Shown one piece after another: positions 1-12,800 of a stretch of DNA of 64,000 nt. Positions within the stretch are counted from its first letter, which is position 1; every line of letters starts with the position of its first letter. The notes below the pieces were generated by a model. The model made no database searches. It saw nothing but the letters and a program-made list of their open reading frames with translations, and was not told the origin of the DNA. The translations under genes and the position numbers were made by a program. Origin of the DNA: Marsupella aquatica (taxonomy: Eukaryota > Plantae > Marchantiophyta); contig OZ316893.1 in NCBI GenBank assembly GCA_973895155.1, positions 28,220,210 through 28,284,209 of the forward strand, read 5' to 3'.

Positions 1-1
1 T

Positions 2-3000
2 GATCGAGTTCAGAATCGGGATAAAGTTCTGACTAATATTTACGCAACTACTCGTTCGAAGAAAAAGGAGACCAAGAAGCACGAGCATCAGAAGGTCGCG
101 AAAGCTCCCAAGGATGAAGGGCGCAAGCCATGTAAGGAAGGCCTCGACAAAGAAGACGACCCTGCTTATGACCGATATGACCCAAAATACTTCTTGCCCG
201 ACATCTCTTTGGAAGTGAAAGACCATCTGGAAGAGCTAGTTAAGGAGCAAGTGCAATCTCCTAACCCACCAGTAGTAGTCAAAGCTAAAGAGCCACTGAA
301 AAATCCAGGTTATGATATTGTTGAAGATGTCAAGAATCATCCTGCACATATCACCATTGGGGAATTATTACAGGACAATCCGGTTTATAGGCGACAGCTG
401 AGGAGCCTCCTTGCAGGAAAACGGAGGAAGAAGAAGTTACCTTCTGTGGATGTGCTACGAACAGAGTGGGAGGACAAAGGACCGATGGAAATTGAGGTTC
501 AAATCCAGGGGTGTGTCATTCGGAGAGTTCCTGTGGATGGAGGAGCCAGCGTTAATCTGATTACACAGTCAGCAGCATTTAATTTGGGTTTCACTAAGTT
601 TGAGCCCACTCCCAAGATTTTGCGCATGGCGGATCAGTCTCGTGTGGTACCCATAGGGAAGCTGACCAAAGTAGAAACTTTGATTGCTGGTGTCCCTTTT
701 CTGTTGGATTATGTGGTTATTAATCCGGAAATACCATCCAGCTTTCCTGTTTTGTTAGGCCGACCATGGTTGTATAAGGCTCAAGTTCAGGTTAATTGGC
801 AATCTCAAGAGCTTTCATTTGGGAAGCCTAAGGTGACTGTTAGTTGGGTTCCGGAACCACATTTTGGAGAAACACAAACAGATGATGGGTACACCTCGGA
901 TTTTTCGACCTCTTCGCTAGTCCTGCAGCCATTGGAATTTGAACTGGAGGAAGTTCGTTACTTGGAAGTTTATCTGTCTGATGCTCCCATAAAACCAACT
1001 AGGCCCTCCTGACAATTAACTTCATCATCGGAAGTGGGCCCAGCAGCAGACGAACCTCCTAATACTGAGGCTAATAGGGATTTACACCATGATATGGGAG
1101 TGTCAGCTACCCTTGAGCCATTTGCACCATAAGTATCCAAACTTGGACTTCAGCCGGCAAACCTCACGGATGGAATTGTGGATCCAAAAGCTTGTCAGAA
1201 AATCGAAATTGAGCCAGGCAAGTTTTTGAATATTGGTAAGCATATCGAAGGAGAGCTACGGGAACAGTATATCAGTTTATTAACCCAGTATAAAGATGTC
1301 TTTGCCTGGAGTCATTCTGATTTAAAAGGTATCCATCCACATTTGGGCGAACATCGTATTGACCTTATGGAAGGAGCAGTACCTGTCCGACAGAGACAGT
1401 ACCGTTTGAATCCCAAATATTCCATCCTGGTTAAAGACGAGTTGGACAAGCTCACGACTGCTGGATTTATCTACCCGGTCTTGAGTAGTGAATGGGTCTC
1501 ACCAATTGTCATTGTCCCCAAAAAGCCGGGACCCGATGGTAAAACGAAAATTCGCGTTTGTCAAGACTTCCGGAAGTTGAATGCTGCCACTCGGAAAGAT
1601 CATTATCCTTTGCCATTTATTGATCTGGTACTTGATTCAGTGGCCTTGCATGAGTTATACAGTTTTTTAGATGGGTACTCTGGTTATAACCAGGTGTCCA
1701 TTCGGAAGGAGGATCGCGACAAGACTACGTTCACCACCGACTGGGGTACATATGCATTTACCATGATGCCTTTTGGGCTGTGTAATGCCCCGGGTACTTT
1801 TCAGCGCATTATGATGATTATTTTTCAAGAATATTTGCGGCATTTCATGGAGATTTTTATTGACAACTTTTGTGTTTACGGGTCAGCGGCTGAACACCTC
1901 GTCCATTTGGAGAAGACATTTCAGAAGTGTAGAGAGGCTCAGTTGTGTCTTCATCCAGAAAAGTGCTTTATTGGTATGAAGGAGGGAATTTTGTTAGGCC
2001 ATGTTATTTCACAACGCGGCATTGAGGTTGATACAGAGAAGGTTAGAGTAATTATGGAGTTGCAACCACCGACCGATTTAAAGCAGCTTCATGCTTTTCT
2101 GGGACATGTGGGGTATTATCGTCGGTTCATTTATAAACATGCTAATATTGCCTTACCCTTAACCCAACTGTTAAAAAGTGATGTGGAATATACATGGAAT
2201 GAGGAGCGGCAGCAAGCATTCCAGTTGCTCAAGGATCGGTTAATCTCTGCACCTATTTTGTCACCCCCAGATTGGACTAAGAAGTTTCATGTCTTCATTG
2301 ACTCTTCTGCGTTCTGCATTGGAGCTAATCTCAGTCAGAAGGATGTGGAAAACCGTGACCATCCAATTTACTATGCCAGCCGCCAAATGAGTGCAGCCGA
2401 GAAAAACTACTCCGTCACTGAACGGGAAGCTTTGGCCATCGTCTTTGCGTGTAAGAAATTTTGTCACTATTTGTTGGGGTATCAGGTTACTTTTCACACT
2501 GATCATAATTCCTTAAAATATTTGGTTAACCAAGTGGATCTCTCAGGACGAGTAGCCCGCTGGGTTTTACTACTCCAAGAATTTGATTATGAAGTTCATG
2601 TCCGACCTGGCAAACATCATGAGAATGCAGACTTCCTATCTCGGTTACCTGGTCCGGAGAATCAGCATAATCTCTCCGATGAATTTCCTGACGAGCATTT
2701 GTGGCACATTGAAGGGGAGTCTTCTCGATATTTTAATATTGTGCACATGCTGCTTCATGGAACGTTCCCTGAAGGCTTTAATGCGGAAGAACGAGCTGTC
2801 TTTGCTCATAAGGTGGGTCCCTATACCATTATTCGGGGCACTTTGTTTAAACAAGGTCCTGATCAACAATTACGACGTTGTCTAGAGGATAGGGAACTTC
2901 CCCAAGTAATTGAAGCTTTACATTCAGGAGAAACCGGTGGGCATTATGCTGTGAATACCACAGTTAAGAAAATTTTGGATGTTGGATACTGGTGGCCTAC

Positions 3001-3985
3001 TATGCATCGAGATACTTACAATTTTATTAAGACCTGTGATCCCTATCAAAGGATCGGGAAGCCCACTGCTAGTTCCAAATGGCCTCTTACGCCTATCCTT
3101 CCGTTGGCACCATTTGAGAAATGGGGGATTGATTTTATTGGCCCAATTTCTCCAGCAGCTCGGAAAAGCCGAAGCAAATATATTATTCTGGCCACTGATT
3201 ATGCCACCAAATGGGTAGAGGCGAAAGCTACTCGCAAGAATGATGCTATAACCGCAGCTGCATTTCTCTTTGAGCACATTATCACCCGGTTTGGTTGTCC
3301 TTTGGAGTTGGTAAGCGATAGGGGTTTGCATTTTCTTAACTCAACTATTGAGTTAATCACTGACCTTTATCTTATCAAGCATCGCAAAACTACTCCTTAC
3401 AACCCCCGAGCTAATGGCTTAACCGAGAGAGCTAATGGCATTATGGGCAAGATTCTGAATAAAATGGTAGAATCTCACAAGACAGATTGGGATGTGAAGC
3501 TCCATTCTGCATTATGGGCTTACCGCACCGCTGAGAAGATTACAACTCTTCACACCCCCTTCTATCTGACCTATGGCCTGAATAGTATTATTCCAATAGA
3601 ATTTTCGTTACCAACGGAACGTATCTTGGTACCACACCGACTCTCTCCTTCAGATAGTCTCTCACATCGGTTTTCCAATATTGTTAAATTAGAAGAAGTT
3701 AGACTTTTAGCATTAGACCATACAGTCACCATTCAGAACCAGCGTAAACTTGCTTATGATAAGAAGCTGCGCGTAGTGCAGTTAGATGTTGGTGATTTAG
3801 CATTAGTCTTTGATTCTCGTTATATGCTATTTCCTGGGAAACTTCATACTCATTGGATTGGTCCTTACCGAGTTACACACATCTGGGATAATGGTTCAGT
3901 TTCATTGACTACCTTAGATGGTCACCCACTTAACACTAGAATCAATGGGTTTAGGATTAAACGGTACTATGAGTCTTCCATTTAG
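2..3985 (+). pseudogene. pol: Gypsy-1 gag C-terminus/pol polyprotein (protease, RT, RNase H, integrase), disrupted
   Basis: ORFs 194-1012 (VPVDGGASVN, LLGRPW) and 1178-3985 are in one frame with stops between them. RT motifs CQDFRKLN, LDGYSGYNQ, MPFGLCNAP; the catalytic motif reads FIDN rather than FIDD. RNase H DSS..REALA..TDH; integrase WGIDF, SDRG, NGLTER, GPY. Confidence 0.95.
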
Positions 3986-4007
3986 AATTCCACTTGGGAC
4001 AGGTTGC

Positions 4008-4023
4008 AATTTAAGTGGAGGGC
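4008..4023 (+). promoter_or_regulatory. Internal (upstream) polypurine-tract copy
   Basis: AATTTAAGTGGAGGGC, identical to the LTR-adjacent PPT at 7495-7510, 22 nt after the pol stop codon. Confidence 0.8.
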
Positions 4024-4119
4024 GGTAGTTATACTTAGTTAGAATTAGTGACCCTCCCTAGTAAGTATTCGGCATATTTTTATTTTTTATTTTTTTTAGT
4101 TACTTCCAGTTTTTACATT

Positions 4120-4310
4120 GGACGCTGTGAAAAGCGTCCATTGTAACTCGACGCTGGGGAAGCGTCCACTTAGTTTACAAAGGACGTTGTGCAGAGGTCC
4201 GCTTTTGTATTAGTTCAGTTGCATGAGACGCTGTGAGCCGATGACTAGGCGTCTTGTACAATGGCGGATTGCGATAGCTCAACGGGACGCTGAGGAGTAA
4301 GCAGTCGCGC
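4120..4310. repeat. Array of palindromic GACGCT-N(4-7)-AGCGTC motifs upstream of the accessory ORF
   Basis: GACGCTGTGAAAAGCGTCC and GACGCTGGGGAAGCGTCC plus about three degenerate copies; the same motif recurs in the LTR. Confidence 0.75.
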
Positions 4311-4372
4311 TTCGCCCTAGTTCACTATGGAACACGATTCTCACTGAGCTTACGGAGCTAACAAGTCACGCG

Positions 4373-7300
4373 ATGGCGGAGACTGAGCTGACGACGCGAC
4401 CAATACTCGCAGACATTCCATCGAATGCAGTGCATAGGCGGCAGTTGAAGACGGCTCTGGCAAAAATGGGCTTGAAGAAGCTGCTTCAACTTCCTTGGAA
4501 GATTTGCGAATTCAGCCTTATCGATCAAGGTGTCTGGGACGCTGAAGAAAGGATTGGTGTGCGCTCGCGTCCCAGTGTTTGGACTGAAGCGCTCATAGCG
4601 AAGGTCTATTCGACGCCGATGGAGGGCGAGGATTTACAGAGGGTTGATTGTGAGCCTCGGGTTTATGTAGAATCCTTCTTCGCTCCAGGATCTTTCAAGA
4701 GGCGGAATGGATGGCTAGCGGCGGACTGCTTAGATAATTCTCTGCAGCGTCTATTTTGATTTCTGGCACCAATTTTCTACCCAGAAAGCCAGACGCGCAT
4801 CACTCTTTCGTTCGCTGCAACGGTGATCTGTTCATTAGAACAGACGCAGTCTATCAATTGGACGAAGGTTTTGCACCGAGTAATTCATACTCAGGTCAAA
4901 AATTTTCGTAGCAGGCTGAAAACGGGGAAAATAAGGTGTACCTACTTGGCCCCTTATTTAGCTCACATTTACCATAAGTATGACTGTCTGCTTGTCTTGG
5001 AAAAAGATTTTTATCGCAACAATCAGAGAGCATCTACCGGTGAAGCAAATTATATGCCTGAAGTACGAGAAGTCCGAGCCAATTCCACAGTGGTAGAGCT
5101 ATGTGCAATACTCGACTGTGAGGAACCTGAACTGGTGGGTGAAGTTTGGAAATTGAAAGAGACAAGAGCATCAGCTGAAGGGAGTGACGATCCGATTCTT
5201 CACCAACCAAGAGAGGCTCAAGTTGCCGAAGATGTTCCTTCAGCAATGCCAACAGGGTTGGAGCATTCTATGTCACCTCGACTCTCGTGTTCACCTTGTG
5301 CTGCCGAGCCTATTTATGATGTTGATCAGGATAATTCTGCTTCTCGGATGAATGTTGAAGATGAGGTGAGGGTGGATGAAGAAGGTTTTTCAGGGGAACC
5401 TCTTCAACATTCTACTGCTGAGGACGAGTATGATGGATTTACTTCTACCCCTGTTTTGGTTCCCATAGAGGCAAATAGTGATGCTTTGCAGGCTTTACAG
5501 GAGTATGATTCGTCCGACTCTCTTAGTTCTAGCCCAAATATAGGTGAAATCCCTCTGGTCCAGGAGTCAGAAATATTAAGCTCAGAAATTGTGAAGCTGG
5601 TTAAAGTTGATTCGGAGGATGCAATTGTGGATATAGACGAAGTAGGTGAACCAGTGACTTCTCCCCAATCTGTCGCAAGATACCCTGCCTGGTCTACACC
5701 TGGTTCACTCATATCGATTCCTTTGGATATAACTAAGGAATTAGATGAGGCAATAGCCGCGATAGGAGCTCCTTCATTTCCGCCTGTAAAATGGGTTTCT
5801 CCTGAAGATGAGTTGATTGAAGGAGGCTCTGCTGGTTTTCCGAGTCGCAATCAGGTATCTGGTAATATGGGTATATCTGTACCCATATTGGTACCCGAGA
5901 CACCCGCTTCGACAACCAGCTCAGCACCAGTTTCATTGGCTACAAACGAGGATAAAAACATTCGGGAGGAGTTTTCAGTGACGTATACTCGAAAATCTTG
6001 GAAACGGTTGCGCCATGCTATCAGTCGACAGATCTTTCCTGAAGCATCTTCCCAGGATTTTGAACAGGGAGAAGCACCTATCGGAACAGACGAGCTACCC
6101 CTTCCTGTACTTTTGGCAGATCGAACTAACCAGGAAGTCTCTTTACCTAGCGATAATTTTAAAGAAGAACTTCCTGTTTTAGTACCAATGCATCCCACTG
6201 CAGATCAACCAGCTACTGTTGCAAGAGAAGAATTTGAACCACTGGAGCCCGAACCTTCTGCTCCTTCGTCTCCTGTTACATTGCCAATTCGACCAGTTAA
6301 GGAGTCAGTGATTCCTTCCGCTATGCCAGATGTAATTTTCCGTTGGATAGGAGCACCAAGTGATGGAGAAGAAGACGAAGACCCTCGCATTATCAGAGTA
6401 CCTCCTCGACTTCGGCATACAGTGGATTTGCCACCCCGAAATCCTATCCCTAATTTGGCTTCAATTCACAGGTGGGAGAAGAAACATTTTCGAGTAGCTT
6501 TTCGACATCTGGAGATGGAGAGCATTTTGCAGCAGCAGCAGATTTTGCCAATGACATCCCATCCGAGGATTCGTAGTTTGATTCGCACATATGAACCTGG
6601 GAAGGCGGTTCCTCCCATTGATAAGGACAGACGACATAAGTTTTCGGAGTTCGAAATTTGGTGTTGGGTGTATATGCTTCGACGAGCTCAAGCTCCATTT
6701 CCGCCCCTTGTGCCGGAAATTCCATGGCCCTATCCATACTATGTTTGGGTTTGTCCTGGTGGGTTTGCTATTCCAATTAAATATGAGAAGAAGCTTGTTA
6801 AGCTAAGGGAGCAGTTGATTACAAAACAATGTATGCTACCGGCTTCCCAAGGGTTCAAGTCGCTTAGGTGTTTAGCGTTCCTACCTATTATTCCTTCTTA
6901 TCCGGATGTGATTATTCAAGGTGTTTTATCTAGGACACAGATTTGAAGGACACCATTTATGAGAGATATCAAACGGTGTTGTCATTTATATGTATATAAG
7001 CCGTTACTTTTGCAGCATCCTGCAATTGTTTCCTTCTTTCTCCTTCGAATTGATATTTATCTGCTCATGTGGGACATCAAAGCTACTATGGATTGTTGGA
7101 ATTCTTTACCCCGTGCTTTCCAACATTCCTTTGAAGGCAAGATCAAACTGGGAGGACATGCTATTCAACACTTTGTTATTGATCCAGGCTCTCGAATTAA
7201 TTTCCTCTCCCACAGACTGTGCCAGCAATTTGTTCATCAAGAAGTACAACCGATATCTGCTCAGATATCAATCGATGGACGAATCATTAATCTTTGGGGA

Positions 7301-7435
7301 AGAGTTAAAGGAGTCCCAATACAGATCGGAGAAGAATTCCATGACCTCGATTTTTATATTCTGGATTCGGATATCTCCCAACTCCCGTCAATGATTTTGA
7401 GCACTACTTGGATTATTAAGCCAGAATATTATTAA
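4373..7435 (+). pseudogene. Gypsy-1 accessory ('env-position') ORF, ~1020 aa: Athila-accessory-like core, acidic/Pro linker, unknown domain, C-terminal retropepsin-like domain
   Basis: ORFs 4373-4759, 4823-6946 and 6959-7435 share one frame, split by TGA stops at 4757 and 6944. N-terminus GLKKLLQLPW..LIAKVY..NGWLAADC; C-terminus FVIDPGSRINFLS...DFYIL...MILSTTW. Confidence 0.75.
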
Positions 7436-7494
7436 TGAAGAACATGTCACTCGCTTCTGATTCAATTCGGTCATGTCTTGTGGGGACACGGCGA

Positions 7495-7510
7495 AATTTA
7501 AGTGGAGGGC
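7495..7510 (+). promoter_or_regulatory. Polypurine tract of Gypsy-1
   Basis: AATTTAAGTGGAGGGC followed by TA and the LTR start TG at 7513. Confidence 0.88.
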
Positions 7511-7512
7511 TA

Positions 7513-8903
7513 TGTGGTATGGGTGTCCCTGCAATTTTTTCTGGAAACTTGTTTATTTTTAGCATATCACAAGATTTACTTACACTTTAGACACCTTCCG
7601 GCCAACATTTACTTGTTCTGGACACTTATAGAAATATTTGACATCTCCGGCTTTCCTGACGATTCCTAGTGTACTTTGCCCGACGCTGTGACCAGCGCCC
7701 GTTTCTTTTACTCAAGACGCTGCGGAAGCGTCCAACCTCCTCATGACGCTTTTGGCAGCGCCCGACCGCCACCAAGACTCTATGAGGATTTCGACCGACG
7801 CTGTGGAAAGCGTCAGCTTCAACACACGACGCTGTGAGCAGCGTCCACCCTAGTATTGACGCTGTGAGCAGTGTGAGCAGCGTCCGTTGGTTTTACTTAA
7901 GACGCTTCTAGCAGCGTCCAGATTCTCCCGACGCTTCTAGCAGCGTCCGCTCAACACTTAGTTTTTGAAGTAGATTACTAGTAAAGTAGTATTCTACCAC
8001 CCTTGTTGAAGTACTTATGCTGTGCTTCTCCCTTGTTTAGTTTTAAGCTTGGAAAGGCACGACTGTTCTTACCTCCTCCATTTTAGGATTCCAGCACTTA
8101 TAAGACAGAGTAGAATGCTCATTTGAAGTAGAGAGAAATAGAGTTAATACTGTATTCAGAATTGAGTCTTCTGAATAGTTTTCTCCTCCTTCCATTGTAA
8201 CAAGGCATGCTGTGAGTGTTTTGTATGGAAGTAAAGCTATATTGATTGAAGTTAAGATTGAATTCAAGAGATTCCTGTGGTGATTGAATTCAGTTGCAGA
8301 TTTCTGAAACTCGTATTGAATTCACTGCTAGGCTTGCTTGCAGAGTCGGGATTCGCTAGCCAATTCAAGAATAGTTAATGATAAATGAGAAGTAAATTCT
8401 GATTCTCAGAGTAGTTAGTACTGTTGCTTTGATTCTGGAATATGGTTTAGAGTTTGACTGAATTGTGTATCGCTGATGTCAAACCATGTTGACGGCATTT
8501 TAAATCATATCATTCATTTGCAATCAGAAAGCTTCTGCTTCATCAGATTGAGAATTCCATTATCATTAACCTTTGTGTTTTGAAGAGTGAGATGGATGAA
8601 TTATGAGATAGATTTCATGTCTATACTGAGCCCAAATCCTTTCTGAAGGAGTGGCAGTAGCAGCTTGTAGTCTCTAAATCCTTACTCATTTCTTCTCTAA
8701 TTCATAAATCAGAAGTTCAGTTACTTTGTTGTTTGTTTATTCGATTTTTTTTATTGAGAAGTGAAGTCAACATAGAGCTCAAGACTCTAAATCACTCGGA
8801 GTGATAAAAGTTATACAATTCATTCTGAAATCTGTTCTTAAAGGGATCGAAACCCTGGTTTTAGGTGAGAAGAGTCACTTTTGATACTTAGCACTATACG
8901 ACA
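7513..8903 (+). repeat. 3' LTR of Gypsy-1 (~1.39 kb)
   Basis: Starts 2 nt after the PPT; imperfect terminal inverted repeat TGTGGTAT / ATACGACA; non-coding; family-A sequence begins right after it. Confidence 0.85.
7680..7950. repeat. Array of about 8 palindromic GACGCT...AGCGTC motifs in the LTR U3
   Basis: For example GACGCTGCGGAAGCGTCC, GACGCTGTGGAAAGCGTC, GACGCTGTGAGCAGCGTCC, and GACGCTTCTAGCAGCGTCC twice. Confidence 0.85.
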
Positions 8904-9862
8904 TCCGTGTTGATCTCTTGTTCTCCTTGTCATGGCCGAGAGCTACAGCCTCCTTCTCCTCGGCTTCGGGACTTGAGGCTCCTACATACATCCGGACTCC
9001 CGGCTCGTGTTCCGGCCTCCTTCTCTCCTTGACCCCAGTAAAGGGGTTTTCCCTTGTAAGCCGGCTTAGGCCCACCTCTGGAGCAGTGTCCTGCATTGGT
9101 GCCGTTGCTGTTGCCGTTGCCGTTCTCTTTTCCTTCTCCAACAATTTCAGCAGATTCTGCATGCGTGGTTGCTGCATCGGCAAGTCCTCCGTTCTTGGCC
9201 TAAACACCTGCTCGATTGTAGGACTGTCGGGCGGGTTGGGTTTCTTCGTTGCCGGCCTCTGTTCCGGAACCTCCTCTAGTGCCCTTGCCTGTAGGGGAAG
9301 TACCGGGGCAAAGGTCTTACTTTGGGCATACCGGCATAGTAGCGGTACGTGATAGCCAAGCCGGGACACGCTTCCCTTGCCGATCACCAACTGTTCCTCC
9401 GTCAAGATCTTCTTTAGTTGAGTGAGGAGGTAACCATTGTAGTCCCGGCTTGGGTCTGGCCTCTCTGCTAGATAGACCTGTGCCTTGCCGATCTCTGGTC
9501 TCGGCCAGTTGCAATGCATGGTCACCCGCAAGAAATCGATCATCTCTTCTATATGTGGGTTGGTGCAGGTGTTTCGGAAGAAGCCATTCTTTGTTGAAGG
9601 CCCAGGAAACGACCGGAACTCCTTGTCTGGCAAAGTCTTCCTGGTATCTACCTTGGTCTTATTGCCCTTCGGCAAGCCAAACACTTCGGCAATCACCTGG
9701 GGAGTGAGATAGAAATCCTTCCCATACACCCTTGTGGAATTGGTCTCGGACTCCCATGATCCCACGAATTCTAGTAAGTCTGAATCCGGCACCTCTGGCT
9801 TCAGCCACGGTAACCTTACAAAGGCTTCCAAGCCGGATCCGGCCATGAAGCCCTGGTATTTC

Positions 9863-12800
9863 TGTGATGCCTAGCCAGGAATTACTCGGCCAGTTAAGTG
9901 GGTAAAGCAGGAATGCACCCTAGAAACACCTTAGTATAGGGACAAAACAAGGAAAATATAAACAATTAGGGGTGACTATGGAACCCGAGCCGAGGCCGGA
10001 GGTAAGGACGCTGGGGGTGAAAACTCGATTAGGGTTAGGGCGCGCTAAGCGTCGGCGGCTAGGAAGGATCAACGGAAGGAAGGACCGGAAGAGGAGAGGG
10101 GTAAGGACCGCTCGCGAGGAATAGTGGCTCATTTGCAAGAACGAATTGGGCAGACGACTACGGGAGGCCAAATGCTGTCAGCTGCTTAGACAAGCACTCG
10201 GGGTGGGAATAGATACCAACGATCGACTCAAGGAGGGTATGAGCAACGTCAATCAAGCAGCACATTTTTGGGGATGCCTGTTCAAACGGGCAACTGAGTA
10301 CATCAAGACTTACGAGGATGAAGAATCAAAAAGGGCAGCTCGAGAACGAAAGGAGCTCGCTCGATTGTGGAAGCTGCAGAAGACGGCTTTTCTAGGAGGC
10401 GAACTCATCAAGGCCGAGTTCTTGTGGACTCCTACTTCCAATCAGCTCAACGATCTTCTGTTTTGCGAAGACAGAATCATCGGCATTCGAGAGGCCATCA
10501 AGAACTGCAATGACATACACTGGGAATTGAAGGGTAGCACGGAAAGGTGGACCCAGGCAACGGTGCTAGGAGAAACCTCCACGGCAGCAGAGATGAAGAG
10601 GAAGGGAGCCGTCAACGATGAAGCTACCCCGACAAAAAGAACGAGGTCGGCGGCACCAAAGAAGCCAGCCGAGCAGCAGAGCAGGAGGCAGGGAGAAGCC
10701 GAAGAGGAGGAGGTCGATCCCATCAATGCCATTCCAACCAGGGATGACACCTGGAAAGGCTGGGCGGCAACCCTACCAGTGGAGGTGCAACTACATTTTG
10801 CACGGGAGGAGGATGCATGCTTTACGGCCATGCAGACCAAGAAGTACCAAGGCTTCATGGCCGGATCCGGCTTAGAGGCCTTTGTAAGACTACCATGGCT
10901 GAAGTCGGAGGTGCCGGATTCAGACCTATTAGAATTCATGGGGTCATGGGAACCCGAGACCAATTGCACGAGGATATATGAGAAGGATTTCTATCTTACT
11001 CCCAAGGTAATTGCCGAAGTGTTTGGCTTGCCGATGGGCAATAAGACCAAGGTTGATACCAGGAAGACCTTGCCTGACAAAGAGTTCCGGTCGTTCCCCG
11101 GGCCATCAACGAAGAATGGCTTCTTCCGGAACACCTACACCAACCCGCACATAGGAGAGATGATCGACTTCTTGCGGGTGACCATGCATTGTAACTTGCC
11201 GAGGGCAGAGATCGGCAAGGCACAGATCTATCTGGCGGAGAGGCCAGACCCAAGTCGGGACTACAACGGGTACCTCCTCAACCAATTGAAGAAGATCTTA
11301 AAGGAGGAGCAGCAGGTAATCGGCATGGGGAGCGTGTCGCGGCTTGGCTATCACATGCCGCTGTTGTGCCGGTATGCCAGAGGTAAGACCTTTGCCCCAG
11401 TACTTCCCCTGCAGGTAAGGGCACCCGAGGAAGCTCCAGCACCAAGGCCGGTAGTAGAGAAGCCTCAACCACCTGTTAGCCCTACGATTGAGCAAGTGTT
11501 TAGGCCAAGGAAGGAAGACTTGCCAATGCAGCAACCAAGCATGCAGAATCTGCTGAAAATGTTGGAGAAGGAAAAGACGGCACCGGCACCGGCTTCGGCA
11601 GCGACACCAATACAGGACACTGCCCCAGAGGTCAACCTAAGCAGACTTAGAAGGGAAAACTCCTTTACCGAAAACAAGGAGAGAATCAGGCCAGAATCCA
11701 AGCCGGGTGTTCGAATGTACGTGGGAGTCTCAAGCTCTGAATCTGAGGCAGAATTGCCTGAAGCTCCTACCGACGAAGAGGAGAGGGAGAAGCCGGAAGT
11801 CCAAGAAGTAGAGGAGGCAGTGGAGGACTGCAGCCATGATAACTCCGGCTATGGGTCGGACCATCACGTTCCAGGAGTAAGGACTTGTGGCCGGTTTATC
11901 CCTTCACTTCCAAGGGTAGTACGAGGGGACCCCAACCAGCAGAGTAGCCCTGAGTCTCCCCCACTAGATGTTGCTCCCCCGAGCTTTGACGACATAAAAC
12001 AGCCGGCACAGGAATTTCAGGAGCGAATCAGGCAGGAAGAGGAGGCAGCCCTGGCTAGGGAAAAGGATTTGCCAGGAGGAGATTGGCCGGAGGACATCAG
12101 GCGGCTAGCCGAAAAAGGAAGCAAACCTCTAGCCATGATTGAAGAGATCCGCAAGACGGCTTGGGAGCAGAGGCCGCGATGGACGATGCCGATCACTTCT
12201 ACTTACTCCACCTACGCTAAGAATAGAGCCATGGAGTATGGTGAGATATGTGGGGAACTTGCACTCGGCATCTTTGGGGAGGAGTTGGAGGTAGGACCCT
12301 TTTTCCATAGGGAGCAGTTGGAGAAGCACCAATTATAAGAAGCGGTGGCTTTAGAGAGAAGCAAGAAGGACGAGGTCATCCGACGGCTTAGGAGGATGGA
12401 AGCCGAGATTGAAGATCTAAGGGCGGCCAAGAAAGCCCAAGATGAACTGCGGATTAAGCGGCATGAGCTAAACATCATGCAGGGGCAGTTGGACACCGCG
12501 CAGGCTGATAATCAGATTATCAAGGATAAACTGACTCAGACCCAGGGAGAATTGGCCGACGCAATCAAAGAGAGGGAGAAGTGGAAGCGAGAGTTGAGGA
12601 ATACAGAGGAGGCCCACATAACAGCCAACAACCGGGCCATGGCGGAGACCCAAAGAAAGGAATGGGCGCTGAAGGGAGAGCTCGAGAAAATCCGCGGAGC
12701 CCTTGAGCAGAAGGAGGCCGAGTTAGGAAAATCCTATCAAGGGATTATTGCGCTACAGCAGGAGCTTGCGTCCCTGTCGGCCAGCTTCAAGGCCGACCTG

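Larger units (their letters stand above)
1..8903 (+). mobile_element. Ty3/Gypsy LTR retrotransposon 'Gypsy-1' (non-chromovirus, Athila-like organisation); 5' part outside window; inserted into unit A1
   Basis: PR-RT-RNaseH-INT order, extra ORF, PPT, then an LTR with termini TGTGGTAT...ATACGACA. Family-A coding sequence resumes at 8904, so the expected TSD is TCCGT. Confidence 0.92.

Noticed and set aside
4373-6946. True retroviral envelope gene
   Set aside because: No evident signal peptide or transmembrane anchor; only its position is env-like.
7680-7950. CRISPR-like array (palindromic repeats with unique spacers)
   Set aside because: Repeats are short, variable and irregularly spaced, lie inside a eukaryotic LTR, and there are no cas genes.
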